In this document: in pieces, positions 9,830-20,068 of the stretch
How the letters are laid out: each line of letters opens with the position of its first letter
How positions within the stretch are numbered: the stretch's first letter is position 1
The notes under the pieces: model-generated
Told to the model about the DNA's origin: nothing
Seen by the model: the letters and a program-made list of their open reading frames with translations, nothing else
Databases searched by the model: none
Source of the DNA: Nitrosopumilus sp.
GTDB lineage: Archaea > Thermoproteota > Nitrososphaeria > Nitrososphaerales > Nitrosopumilaceae
DNA length: 64,000 nucleotides
Reading direction: 5' to 3'
Assembly: GCA_965219345.1 (NCBI GenBank)
Contig: OZ244732.1
Span: 896,001 to 960,000, forward strand
Position numbers and translations under genes: made by a program

Positions 9830-10258
9830 TCAATTAATTTTCTCAATTCGTTCTCTAAGAAAATCTTCAACATCCGAAATTAGATCTGGCACATCATTTT
9901 CAAATTTATACATTAATTCTTCAAGCAGATCAAAAACATCTTTCTTTTGTTGTTTAGTATTAAATGGAAGATCATAATGCTCTAATCACAACATGAGAAT
10001 TGCAATATTCAAAGCTGTTCTTTTATTAGCATTTTTGAATGGTTGATTATATCCTAAACCAACTATCAAAATACTTATTTTTCTGATAATTCTTTCTCGT
10101 TTATCTTCAATCCTATCAACAATTTTGATATTAGAAATGATATCTCTCAATCTCTCGTGATCATCAAGACCAAATTCTTCATCAGACTGTTTACATATTT
10201 GTCTATTTGCTTCAATTACATGAGGTTCATCTAATTCACCATTAAAGAAATTAGACAT
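9830..10258 (-). pseudogene. Fic/Doc family protein with an in-frame stop at 9986-9988
   Basis: Degenerate Fic motif QPFKNANKRTA; the frame continues about 50 codons past the TGA to 9830. Confidence 0.7.
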
Positions 10259-10361
10259 GATTTTTTTATCAAATTATTGCTTTTAACTACGCTGGAAAGT
10301 TAGAGGTTGTTTTAGCTGGTTTCTGAGATTTTGAGGAAGTGTAAAGATAGGCTGGTGCTGG

Positions 10362-10565
10362 TCAGATCATCTTTAATTCTTTGAGAATTTTCTCTAGTTT
10401 AGGAAAAACATCACTAGGACAAGGATACTTTGGCTTGTTTCCAATCCTATTCCACGCTTTATGTTTTGTTGTTCCATGTTTTCTTTTGATATCTGCGATA
10501 TAACATGTCTTTACTGTTTTTCCGGTGCGTTCTTTGTAGAGTTTTTGGGCTTGGGCATAAGTCAT
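10362..10565 (-). CDS. small basic hypothetical protein
   Basis: TY..AQ..YKE..G..VK..YIADIKRKHG...CP pattern; resembles a small domain seen at the C-terminus of some RNA methyltransferases (recollection only). Confidence 0.55.
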   Translation of the reverse strand: MTYAQAQKLYKERTGKTVKTCYIADIKRKHGTTKHKAWNRIGNKPKYPCPSDVFPKLEKILKELKMI

Positions 10566-10704
10566 ATTTACGATTTATTTTATGTAGTTTTTAACTTATA
10601 ATGTTTTTCAGCATTATTTTCACCTTTAATTTTTAACATCCTTCACAAATAACTCAAGTTCTGATCGTCATATTTAATATTAAGAAATAATGTAAATTAT
10701 ACAT

Positions 10705-10938
10705 ATGCCTCAATTCGAGTTTCGGGTTCTTTGCAGTAGCCATAAAACATGTGGCACTGTCATGGAAGGAATGAAAAAAATGAAATATTCGGATGTTATG
10801 AAAAGAAGTAATTTGGTAACAAGTGACCATTCTGCAAAACTAACATTGAAAAATGAAAACGAAGCTTATGAAAAAGCACAACAACTTTTGGCAAAGTATC
10901 CTGAAAAAATACATGATGTGACTGTCATATCATCATAG
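10705..10938 (+). CDS. hypothetical protein
   Basis: ATG ORF of 77 aa with an upstream TTTAATA TATA-like box. Confidence 0.5.
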   Translation: MPQFEFRVLCSSHKTCGTVMEGMKKMKYSDVMKRSNLVTSDHSAKLTLKNENEAYEKAQQLLAKYPEKIHDVTVISS

Positions 10939-11136
10939 GTAAAAACAATGAGTAATAATCTTAGTGTTTACATTGTTGCTAGTAATGTATTAAAATTAAG
11001 AGTTAAATTAAAAAAATTTCAACATTCTAATCCATTTACAAGTGTCTTTATTTTAAATCACGATAGAGAAAGAAAGTATCATCCATGTTGTTAATATTAA
11101 ACAACCATATTCATCAAGCCCTCCTTTAACTCATCA

Positions 11137-11307
11137 GGTTCTGGTAAATTCTGGTGATCTGCACCATAAATCATTAGACATAGATCCTCTCCGAACCGCT
11201 CTTTGAAACCTTGGGATAACTAGTACTTGGTAATTTTCTCGAAATTATCTATCATAACCTTGCTGTTAAATTTTGGTGATCTTGATCACCGTTTTTTTAC
11301 CAGAACC
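11137..11307 (+). mobile_element. MITE copy 1 (~171 bp)
   Basis: Terminal inverted repeats GGTTCTGGTAAA...TTTACCAGAACC; similar copies at 18329, 22733 and 55377. Confidence 0.9.
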
Positions 11308-11394
11308 TTCCATAGATCAAATATTAAAAATGCAAATGATTCGTCCTGAACATTAAAAATAAAACCCACTATCTCATCCCCAAAATGGTGTTGA

Positions 11395-11676
11395 TTAAAT
11401 TTGGAAACCTGCATTGACAAGACGTTCCTCAATGGTATTTCTATAAAGATGATTCAGTGAATAAGTACGACCCTGTTTCTTTTTCTCAACTAGCCTATCA
11501 CTGACTAATTTTTTCAATTGTCTGTCTGTATTTTTGCCATTGTTTTTGACTACCATGCCCAGTCTTCTTCGCATTTTTTCATAGTTAGTATAGGCTTCAC
11601 CCCAGGCACCTTCTTGCCACAAATAAAATAAAATTGTATCTTGTATTTCAACATCAGTCATTGTGCTTTTAACCAA
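11395..11676 (-). CDS. hypothetical protein with a wHTH-like C-terminus
   Basis: QLKKLVSDRLVEKKKQGRTYSLN wing motif. Confidence 0.5.
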   Translation of the reverse strand: MVKSTMTDVEIQDTILFYLWQEGAWGEAYTNYEKMRRRLGMVVKNNGKNTDRQLKKLVSDRLVEKKKQGRTYSLNHLYRNTIEERLVNAGFQI

Positions 11677-11737
11677 TGGTACTCAAATGATACTATTCTT
11701 AGATAGTCTTTAAGTATCGTGGTTTTGGGAATATAGT

Positions 11738-12154
11738 GTGTCCAAAGCAGAATCGGGAATCATTGCACTTTATGGAGATTCACCACGTATGAGAATGATT
11801 GAATTTTTCATGCAATTCCCAAAAAATGAATTTACTGTGCCTGAATTAATTGAGGGAATTGGTATGAGTAAAACTACTGCGTTCAAAGAAGTTTACAAAC
11901 TAAAACACAATGATATGGTTAAACAGTCAGGAAACATTGGAAAATCCCCCACATACAAAATCAATCTAAACAGTCCAATAGTGTACTCTATGCAAAAATT
12001 AGTTAGTCACAGAAGTAAAAAAATTGCAGGCTCACAACCGCTGAGAACACACAGAGTCTTACTTAGACAACGCATAGAATCATTGTACAACAGAGAGTTA
12101 ATGTTGAAAAATGAACTCAAAATAGTACGTACCAGAATTAAAGATAGAACATAA
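11738..12154 (+). CDS. winged-helix DNA-binding protein
   Basis: GDSPRMRMIEFF...FTVPELIEGIGMSKTT...IGKSPTYKINLNSP. Confidence 0.75.
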   Translation: MSKAESGIIALYGDSPRMRMIEFFMQFPKNEFTVPELIEGIGMSKTTAFKEVYKLKHNDMVKQSGNIGKSPTYKINLNSPIVYSMQKLVSHRSKKIAGSQPLRTHRVLLRQRIESLYNRELMLKNELKIVRTRIKDRT

Positions 12155-12288
12155 ACACATGCACAAAGACAAAATACTCGAAATATATCATGATGAGATG
12201 CCTGAATTCCCACGAGAGTGGGAGAACCTTGGAATCATGATATGCGGACACCGAAATTATAATCTTGGTGACGAGCAATATGACAAAG

Positions 12289-12437
12289 GGTTCTGTGTAA
12301 TCTTCGGTACTTGAGAAATATGGATCTTCTAAGGATTCATTCAGTAGTCTTGTTTAGTGAGGCATTTTGTATGATCGTCTTCCATTTGTTCTTACCGTCC
12401 ACTTCAATTAGTGAGGCTTGAGCAGGGGTCTTGCCTT
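12289..12437 (-). mobile_element. IS6-family right end with transposase C-terminal remnant
   Basis: [29 protein letters not shown], nearly identical to 21.87-21.97 kb, followed by ...ACACAGAACC. Confidence 0.8.
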
Positions 12438-12573
12438 TCTTTAACTCAATTTTATTTTTGGATTCTGTTGCAACCCCAACACTATCGTATCCACGATATT
12501 CCATTCTTTTTAATCCCTTTACAATGATGGGCGCGGCAATCTTCTTTCCGTAGTAACCAATAATTGAACACAT
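12436..12573 (-). pseudogene. glmS: 5' fragment of glutamine-fructose-6-phosphate aminotransferase, fused in frame to an IS tail
   Basis: MCSIIGY...[16 protein letters not shown] is the GlmS N-terminus; AAGGAGG lies upstream; only about 46 codons remain. Confidence 0.85.
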
Positions 12574-12812
12574 AGCTATCCTCCTTGATATTTTGGGGTT
12601 ATTTACTGATAAGCCTATTTTTTTGATTCTTCTGTTGAAGAACCTTGCATGGGGACTGAGCTGCCGTACCGCGTCTTGGCCTGCAACTGCTGCCACAGGG
12701 CCCGTGTGATTCCTTGTGTTGTTTTGCTGATGATTTCTATGCAATCCTGTCAGCTGGAATTTTATATATATGAGCATTAACTACCATTTTTTGTGAGCAT
12801 CAACAGAATAAC

Positions 12813-12836
12813 GGGGGGGGGGGGGGTGTGTGTGTG
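12813..12836 (+). repeat. poly-G (14) plus (TG)n simple-sequence tract upstream of the giant surface protein
   Basis: GGGGGGGGGGGGGGTGTGTGTGTG between TTTATATATA (~12760) and the ATG at 12848. Confidence 0.85.
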
Positions 12837-15800
12837 AAAATAAAGAGATGGAGAGAATTTCCTTTGTTATTTTAATTTCCACGCTGATGTTGGCCTCTTT
12901 GTCCATTGTTCCGGCACATGCGGCGGAGCACCCGACAATCACCGCAGCTTCTGTAACCTTGGCTACCAGCATAGTCCTGACGTATGATGAGAATGTAAAC
13001 GTCACAACGATAGACGGCGCAGGATTCGCCCTCTCTGACGGGGGAACGGTGACGGCAAACTCTGATCCCGAAGGTTCGGACGACACCATAACCCTTACCG
13101 TCTCTGGCATCACAACATCCGATGCTCCAGTTATAACTTACATCGCTCCACCTGGCACCGTGGTTGACGCGGAATCAAACCCGGCAGCAGACCAGACCTT
13201 TGACCGCACAACCGATAACGCGCCGCCAACCGTGTCCTCCATTGCAACTGCCGGCACATTGGCAATTGATATCGTACTGTCCGAAGACGTCACAATAAAC
13301 GGTGCGGCACCAGGAGACTTTGCGCTGTCCGGCACCATATCCACAAATCCTACCGTGACTGGAATCACGGCCGCTGCCGACACGGTCACCCCTGCCCTCA
13401 GCAGTGTGCTTGATAGTAATGATGTCATCAACCTGGCATACGACAAAACCACGGGCAGCATAGATGACATTCCTGCTCCTCCTCCTCCGTCCTTTGTCGG
13501 CTCCTTCTCGGTAGACTCACAAAACATCGTCCCACAAGGCCTGGCCTTCTCTGCTGACGGATACAAGATGTTTGTAATGGATTCTATCTTTGATTTGGTT
13601 AACGAGTACGCGCTGCCAAAGCCATTTACTTTGCTTCCGCAGCCAAACTCGCTTGCCAGCTTTGATGCAAGGTCGGTCACAAACAACATTGCATCACCAC
13701 GCGGTGAAATTGATCCCTCGATAGATACCACCCCACCGGAAATCACCGCAGCTGCCGTGACCTCCCTTACCGAGATACTCCTGACATACAGCGAGAACAT
13801 AGACGTCACAACCACAGACGGCGAAGGATTCGCCCTCTCTGACGGAGGAACGGTGTCGGCAAACTCTGATCCCGCCAGTACGGACGACACCATAACCCTT
13901 ACCGTCTCTGGCATCACCACAGCATCCGATGCTCCAAACGTGATTTACACCGAGTCTGATGGCTCCGTGACAGATACCGCGTCAAACCCGGCCGAAGACC
14001 AGACCTTTACTGACACCACCCCGCTACCAGATACTATTCCACCAACAATCACCGCAGCTGCCGTGACCTCCCTTACCGAGATACTCCTGACATACAGCGA
14101 GAACATAGACGTCACAACCACAGACGGCGAAGGATTCGCCCTCTCTGACGGAGGAACGGTGTCGGCAAACTCTGATCCCGCCAGTACGGACGACACCATA
14201 ACCCTTACCGTCTCTGGCATCACCACAGCATCCGATGCTCCAAACGTGATTTACACCGAGTCTGATGGCTCCGTGACAGATACCGCGTCAAACCCGGCCG
14301 AAGACCAGACCTTTACTGACACCACCCCGCTACCAGATACTATTCCACCAACAATCACCGCAGCTGCCGTGACCTCCCTTACCGAGATACTCCTGACATA
14401 CAGCGAGAACATAGACGTCACAACCACAGACGGCGAAGGATTCGCCCTCTCTGACGGAGGAACGGTGTCGGCAAACTCTGATCCCGCCAGTACGGACGAC
14501 ACCATAACCCTTACCGTCTCTGGCATCACCACAGCATCCGATGCTCCAAACGTGATTTACACCGAGTCTGATGGCTCCGTGACAGATACCGCGTCAAACC
14601 CGGCCGAAGACCAGACCTTTACTGACACCACCCCGCTACCAGATACTATTCCACCAACAATCACCGCAGCTGCCGTGACCTCCCTTACCGAGATACTCCT
14701 GACATACAGCGAGAACATAGACGTCACAACCACAGACGGCGAAGGATTCGCCCTCTCTGACGGAGGAACGGTGTCGGCAAACTCTGATCCCGCCAGTACG
14801 GACGACACCATAACCCTTACCGTCTCTGGCATCACCACAGCATCCGATGCTCCAAACGTGATTTACACCGAGTCTGATGGCTCCGTGACAGATACCGCGT
14901 CAAACCCGGCCGAAGACCAGACCTTTACTGACACCACCCCGCTACCAGATACTATTCCACCAACAATCACCGCAGCTGCCGTGACCTCCCTTACCGAGAT
15001 ACTCCTGACATACAGCGAGAACATAGACGTCACAACCACAGACGGCGAAGGATTCGCCCTCTCTGACGGAGGAACGGTGTCGGCAAACTCTGATCCCGCC
15101 AGTACGGACGACACCATAACCCTTACCGTCTCTGGCATCACCACAGCATCCGATGCTCCAAACGTGATTTACACCGAGTCTGATGGCTCCGTGACAGATA
15201 CCGCGTCAAACCCGGCCGAAGACCAGACCTTTACTGACACCACCCCGCTACCAGATACTATTCCACCAACAATCACCGCAGCTGCCGTGACCTCCCTTAC
15301 CGAGATACTCCTGACATACAGCGAGAACATAGACGTCACAACCACAGACGGCGAAGGATTCGCCCTCTCTGACGGAGGAACGGTGTCGGCAAACTCTGAT
15401 CCCGCCAGTACGGACGACACCATAACCCTTACCGTCTCTGGCATCACCACAGCATCCGATGCTCCAAACGTGATTTACACCGAGTCTGATGGCTCCGTGA
15501 CAGATACCGCGTCAAACCCGGCCGAAGACCAGACCTTTACTGACACCACCCCGCTACCAGATACTATTCCACCAACAATCACCGCAGCTGCCGTGACCTC
15601 CCTTACCGAGATACTCCTGACATACAGCGAGAACATAGACGTCACAACCACAGACGGCGAAGGATTCGCCCTCTCTGACGGAGGAACGGTGTCGGCAAAC
15701 TCTGATCCCGCCAGTACGGACGACACCATAACCCTTACCGTCTCTGGCATCACCACAGCATCCGATGCTCCAAACGTGATTTACACCGAGTCTGATGGCT

Positions 15801-18235
15801 CCGTGACAGATACCGCGTCAAACCCGGCCGAAGACCAGACCTTTACTGACACCACCCCGCTACCAGATACTATTCCACCAACAATCACCGCAGCTGCCGT
15901 GACCTCCCTTACCGAGATACTCCTGACATACAGCGAGAACATAGACGTCACAACCACAGACGGCGAAGGATTCGCCCTCTCTGACGGAGGAACGGTGTCG
16001 GCAAACTCTGATCCCGCCAGTACGGACGACACCATAACCCTTACCGTCTCTGGCATCACCACAGCATCCGATGCTCCAAACGTGATTTACACCGAGTCTG
16101 ATGGCTCCGTGACAGATACCGCGTCAAACCCGGCCGAAGACCAGACCTTTACTGACACCACCCCGCTACCAGATACTATTCCACCAACAATCACCGCAGC
16201 TGCCGTGACCTCCCTTACCGAGATACTCCTGACATACAGCGAGAACATAGACGTCACAACCACAGACGGCGAAGGATTCGCCCTCTCTGACGGAGGAACG
16301 GTGTCGGCAAACTCTGATCCCGCCAGTACGGACGACACCATAACCCTTACCGTCTCTGGCATTACCGACACATCCGATACTCCAGCCATCACCTATACCG
16401 ATTCACTTGGCACCGTAGCAGATACCGCGTCAAACCCAGCAGCAAACCAGACCTTTACCGGTACAACCGATAACGCGCCGCCAACCGTATCCTCCATTGC
16501 AACTGCTGGCACATCAACAATTGATATCGTGCTGTCCGAAGACGTTACAATAAACGGTGCGGCACCCGAAGACTTTGTGCTGTCCGGCACCATATCCACG
16601 GACCCGGTCGTAACCGAAATCACCGCCATTGCCGCTGCCAACACGGTCACCCTTACCCTTAACGATACGCTTGATCATGATGATGTCATCCTCCTGGCAT
16701 ACACCAAAACCACGGGCAGCATAGATGACATTCCTGCCGCTTCTGCCTTCCCTGACGGCTCCTTCTCGGTAGGTTCACAGGACACAACCCCAAACGGCCT
16801 GGCCTTCTCTGCTAACGGAACCAGCATGTTTGTCATAGGCAGCGGTAACGATGCCGTACACCAGTACGCGCTACCCGCCCCATTTGACATATCCAATGTC
16901 ACCGGCACATCGGATGTCTCCCATGTCGCCCGTTTACTGGTAGGTTCACAGGACACAACCCCAAACGGCCTGGCCTTCTCTGCTAACGGAACCAGCATGT
17001 TTGTCATAGGCAGCGTTAACGTTGCCGTATACCAGTACGCGCTACCCTCCCCATTTGACATATCCAATGTCACCGGCGTATCCAATGTCACCCTTGCCAG
17101 CTCCTTCCTGGTAGGTTCACAGGACATGTTCCCGCGAGACGTGGCCTTCTCCAACGACGGACACAGGATGTTTGTAGTGGGTGAACAGAGTGATGCCGTA
17201 CACCAGTACGATCTGGCCGCCCCCTTTGACGTATCCACTGCCTCCTATGACGACATCTCCTTCTCAGTACTTTCACAAGACAACTCCCCGCGGGGCCTGG
17301 CCTTCTCCAATGACGGAACCAGCATGTTTGTCATAGGCAGCGTTAACGTTGCCGTATACCAGTACGCGCTACCCGCCCCATTTGACATATCCCATGTCAC
17401 CGGCATATCGGATGTCTCCTATGCCGGCTCCTTCCCGGTAGGTTCACAAGAGTCATCCCCGCGAGGACTGGCCTTCTCCAACGACGGTACCAGGATGTTT
17501 GTAGTGGGCTCTAACAGCGATGCCGTACACCGGTACGCGCTGTCCGAACAGTTCAACCTGCTTCCGCAACCAAACTCGCTTGCCAGCTTTGCGGCAATTT
17601 CTGTCACAAACAACATTGCACCGCCCGTTGTGGATGATACGGAGAAACCAGAACCTGAACCGGAAAGAAAGCCCGAAAAGAGCGGCAGAGGCGGTGGCGG
17701 CGGTGGCGGCCGTACCGGCGTCAGTCCTAGCGGAGAACCCCTGTCCAACATTGAGCTTTACGGCGTTTCATGGAACTGTGAGACGGGCCTAATCCGAATA
17801 ATAACCGGTGATGACTCGTCTACGCTGTCGGTATCCGTCAGAACCTCCATTGGTGGCCTGGCCGAGGCCAGCCTGTCCGATGAAAGAATACCCGGCAGCA
17901 AGGTATTCACATCCCACATGGGGCCTTCCGAGACATACCTTGGCATACTGCTGGTGGACATAGCGGGACGGGACAGCAACATTAGAAACGAAAGCATCAG
18001 CATAAAACAGTGCGTTGGCGAGAAGACATATGATGGTGATAATAATGGTGATATGTCAGATACGCCAAAAAAGTCCCAGTCCAGTAGTAGCAGCAGCAGC
18101 GCATCCAAAGGCGACATGGAATGCAAGCCGGGCTTTACGCTGGTCAAGAACCTGAGAGATGATCTTGCCTGCCTCCTTGACCGCTCGGTACAGCCATTGA
18201 TAGAGCGCGGCTGGGCGGAATCAATAGTCGGATAA
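12830..18235 (+). CDS. giant secreted/surface protein with Ig-like repeats and beta-propeller blades (likely start ATG 12848)
   Basis: Signal peptide ending PAHA; Thr/Asp-rich 102-aa repeats; P.GLAFS.DG..MFV blades; Gly/Ser linkers; visibly much higher GC than the flanks. Confidence 0.85.
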   Translation: MCENKEMERISFVILISTLMLASLSIVPAHAAEHPTITAASVTLATSIVLTYDENVNVTTIDGAGFALSDGGTVTANSDPEGSDDTITLTVSGITTSDAPVITYIAPPGTVVDAESNPAADQTFDRTTDNAPPTVSSIATAGTLAIDIVLSEDVTINGAAPGDFALSGTISTNPTVTGITAAADTVTPALSSVLDSNDVINLAYDKTTGSIDDIPAPPPPSFVGSFSVDSQNIVPQGLAFSADGYKMFVMDSIFDLVNEYALPKPFTLLPQPNSLASFDARSVTNNIASPRGEIDPSIDTTPPEITAAAVTSLTEILLTYSENIDVTTTDGEGFALSDGGTVSANSDPASTDDTITLTVSGITTASDAPNVIYTESDGSVTDTASNPAEDQTFTDTTPLPDTIPPTITAAAVTSLTEILLTYSENIDVTTTDGEGFALSDGGTVSANSDPASTDDTITLTVSGITTASDAPNVIYTESDGSVTDTASNPAEDQTFTDTTPLPDTIPPTITAAAVTSLTEILLTYSENIDVTTTDGEGFALSDGGTVSANSDPASTDDTITLTVSGITTASDAPNVIYTESDGSVTDTASNPAEDQTFTDTTPLPDTIPPTITAAAVTSLTEILLTYSENIDVTTTDGEGFALSDGGTVSANSDPASTDDTITLTVSGITTASDAPNVIYTESDGSVTDTASNPAEDQTFTDTTPLPDTIPPTITAAAVTSLTEILLTYSENIDVTTTDGEGFALSDGGTVSANSDPASTDDTITLTVSGITTASDAPNVIYTESDGSVTDTASNPAEDQTFTDTTPLPDTIPPTITAAAVTSLTEILLTYSENIDVTTTDGEGFALSDGGTVSANSDPASTDDTITLTVSGITTASDAPNVIYTESDGSVTDTASNPAEDQTFTDTTPLPDTIPPTITAAAVTSLTEILLTYSENIDVTTTDGEGFALSDGGTVSANSDPASTDDTITLTVSGITTASDAPNVIYTESDGSVTDTASNPAEDQTFTDTTPLPDTIPPTITAAAVTSLTEILLTYSENIDVTTTDGEGFALSDGGTVSANSDPASTDDTITLTVSGITTASDAPNVIYTESDGSVTDTASNPAEDQTFTDTTPLPDTIPPTITAAAVTSLTEILLTYSENIDVTTTDGEGFALSDGGTVSANSDPASTDDTITLTVSGITDTSDTPAITYTDSLGTVADTASNPAANQTFTGTTDNAPPTVSSIATAGTSTIDIVLSEDVTINGAAPEDFVLSGTISTDPVVTEITAIAAANTVTLTLNDTLDHDDVILLAYTKTTGSIDDIPAASAFPDGSFSVGSQDTTPNGLAFSANGTSMFVIGSGNDAVHQYALPAPFDISNVTGTSDVSHVARLLVGSQDTTPNGLAFSANGTSMFVIGSVNVAVYQYALPSPFDISNVTGVSNVTLASSFLVGSQDMFPRDVAFSNDGHRMFVVGEQSDAVHQYDLAAPFDVSTASYDDISFSVLSQDNSPRGLAFSNDGTSMFVIGSVNVAVYQYALPAPFDISHVTGISDVSYAGSFPVGSQESSPRGLAFSNDGTRMFVVGSNSDAVHRYALSEQFNLLPQPNSLASFAAISVTNNIAPPVVDDTEKPEPEPERKPEKSGRGGGGGGGRTGVSPSGEPLSNIELYGVSWNCETGLIRIITGDDSSTLSVSVRTSIGGLAEASLSDERIPGSKVFTSHMGPSETYLGILLVDIAGRDSNIRNESISIKQCVGEKTYDGDNNGDMSDTPKKSQSSSSSSSASKGDMECKPGFTLVKNLRDDLACLLDRSVQPLIERGWAESIVG
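13742..16360 (+). repeat. 306-bp tandem repeat, about 8.5 essentially identical units
   Basis: ACCGCAGCTGCCGTGACC recurs at 13745, 14051, 14357, 14663, 14969, 15275, 15581, 15887 and 16193. Confidence 0.95.
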
Positions 18236-18328
18236 CACGTGTGTACGGTAGTGAGACAAAGCCGCAATCGCGCTTGCCTGTATGGTTACGTCACGCATGA
18301 CCCTGTCTTTGGTCTAGTAGTCTCATCG

Positions 18329-18500
18329 GGTTCTGGTAAAAAACGGTGATCAAGATCACCAAAAATTAACAGCAGGGTTATGACAGATAATTTCAAGAAA
18401 ATTACCATGTACTAATTATCCTAGGATTTCAAAGAGCGATTCGGAGAGAAGATCTATGTCTGATGATTTATGGTGCAGATCACCAGAATTTACCAGAACC
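18329..18500 (-). mobile_element. MITE copy 2
   Basis: Same TIRs and body as 11137-11307, opposite orientation. Confidence 0.9.
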
Positions 18501-18569
18501 ATTCCGGATGTTCCAGAACCTTAGATCATCATATTTATATTATAAATGAAAAGAAGTCATATTAAATAA

Positions 18570-18980
18570 ATGAGAGACATACAAATAGTATTTACTGATA
18601 AGCTTAAAGACATACAAAAAAATCTCGAAAACGCAAATTATTCTGCATGTGATAGAATTTCTCATGATTTAGTAAATTTTGCATGGAATTTAGAATTAGA
18701 AGATGAAGTATTCATAAGTGAGATTTTAGAAGGTGTATTTAGTAATTTGGAGGAGATGTCTATTGGATATAAAATTCCAAAGGAAGTTAAAGAAAGAATA
18801 GATTTAGATATATCAGAGAGGATGAAATTATTGGCAGACACATACAATACAAAAGATCCACTCAAGCTATATGAAAGTCTCAAACAATTACGTTATGTTG
18901 CAACACTACATCAACTGAATGTACGGCAAAATTATGACACTTCGCCAAGACTTCCACAACATATATCTAAACGCGGATAA
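18570..18980 (+). CDS. hypothetical protein
   Basis: ATG ORF with TTTATAT upstream; co-directional with the next ORF. Confidence 0.6.
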   Translation: MRDIQIVFTDKLKDIQKNLENANYSACDRISHDLVNFAWNLELEDEVFISEILEGVFSNLEEMSIGYKIPKEVKERIDLDISERMKLLADTYNTKDPLKLYESLKQLRYVATLHQLNVRQNYDTSPRLPQHISKRG

Positions 18981-18983
18981 ACT

Positions 18984-19391
18984 ATGACAAAAGTATCTGT
19001 AGATAAACATGAAGCAGAGTACGAACAAAACATGCAAACATTAGAATATATAAAAAAAGAATTTCAAAATACCACATCTGCCAATTCAAATAATTTTGTT
19101 TATCTAGGTGGCGAGTTATGTGATTTATTAGAAAGAGTATTAAGAAATCAGGATAAGGTACAACATATGATAGAAAGTTATGGTTTGGATCAGATCCAAG
19201 AAAACAACAGTGAAGATAATTTTGACTTGGATAAAGAAAATGTAAAGAGAATAATATTAAAAGAAATCAGTGTTGGTCAGGTATTTTATCCGAGTGACAT
19301 AGCTAATGAATATAATTTAGATCTAAAAATGGTGATGGATGTAATGTCTGAATTAAAAGAAAATAAACAAATTATTGAAAAGTTAGGATAG
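18984..19391 (+). CDS. hypothetical protein with a C-terminal wHTH
   Basis: FYPSDIANEYNLDLKMVMDVMSELKE helix-turn-helix pattern. Confidence 0.65.
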   Translation: MTKVSVDKHEAEYEQNMQTLEYIKKEFQNTTSANSNNFVYLGGELCDLLERVLRNQDKVQHMIESYGLDQIQENNSEDNFDLDKENVKRIILKEISVGQVFYPSDIANEYNLDLKMVMDVMSELKENKQIIEKLG

Positions 19392-19625
19392 TATGTCAAT
19401 TCACTATAACACAAATGATTCCATACGAGGCGAACGTATTGCATGTCAGTTCAGAAAAAAGAACAGTGAAAAACTAATACGCATGACTGGAAACCATAGA
19501 GGAACCAGGATGATCATATCAGGGAACGCATATTGTGTAATCGAAGTCCAAATGATAAGAATTGATTGATAATGATATCCAAGTTTAGGTGATATGTTGC
19601 ATTCTGTGCCCAACTTGCGATTGTG

Positions 19626-20040
19626 TTATTCCAAATCTTTTTTCACCTCTTCGAATTCACCCTTTGAGATATCCCCCTGGCATACCTTGCCTTGAGAATT
19701 GTTATCGGGTTCTCATCAGCAGAAGACCTGGCTGGCATGTTCTTTTTGTCCTTGGCAACATTGATCTTCTCTCTGACACAGTCGTATATTTTTTCTGCCA
19801 TCTCCTTTTGGTACTGCTCCTAGCTGACGGGGCAGTCCATACAAGCTGACACAGTCGTATATTTTTTCTGCCATCTCCTTTGGTATGGCATCTATCACGC
19901 CTTCAGTCCCTGCCCCGTATCGTAGTCTTTCTGTCATACTTTGATATTTCAATCAGACCGGGAATCGCAAACACAAGCGATGAAGAGAACAGGCCCTTCT
20001 CCAGCCTCACGTTTGTGGTCTGTCGGTAATAGTATTCCTC
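19626..20040 (-). pseudogene. SHOCT-domain protein pseudogene
   Basis: Removing the 73-bp duplication/insert restores DAIPKEMAEKIYDCVREKIN...NPITILKARYARG; a further 1-nt shift gives DISKGEFEEVKKDLE, which matches SHOCT. Confidence 0.7.
19773..19881. repeat. 36-bp direct repeat flanking a 37-bp insert (single-spacer CRISPR-like scar)
   Basis: CTGACACAGTCGTATATTTTTTCTGCCATCTCCTTT at 19773-19808 and 19846-19881. Confidence 0.9.
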
Positions 20041-20044
20041 AATG

Positions 20045-20068
20045 GGTTCTGATAAATTCTGATGATCC
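20045..20068 (+). mobile_element. isolated IS6/MITE-type end
   Basis: GGTTCTGATAAATTCTGATGATCC versus the MITE end GGTTCTGGTAAATTCTGGTGATCT. Confidence 0.6.

Noticed and set aside
13742-16360. Possible CRISPR array
   Set aside because: Contiguous 306-bp coding repeats with no unique spacers
13138-18267. Series of repeated 93-aa and other minus-strand ORFs
   Set aside because: Antisense shadows of the GC-rich repeat protein
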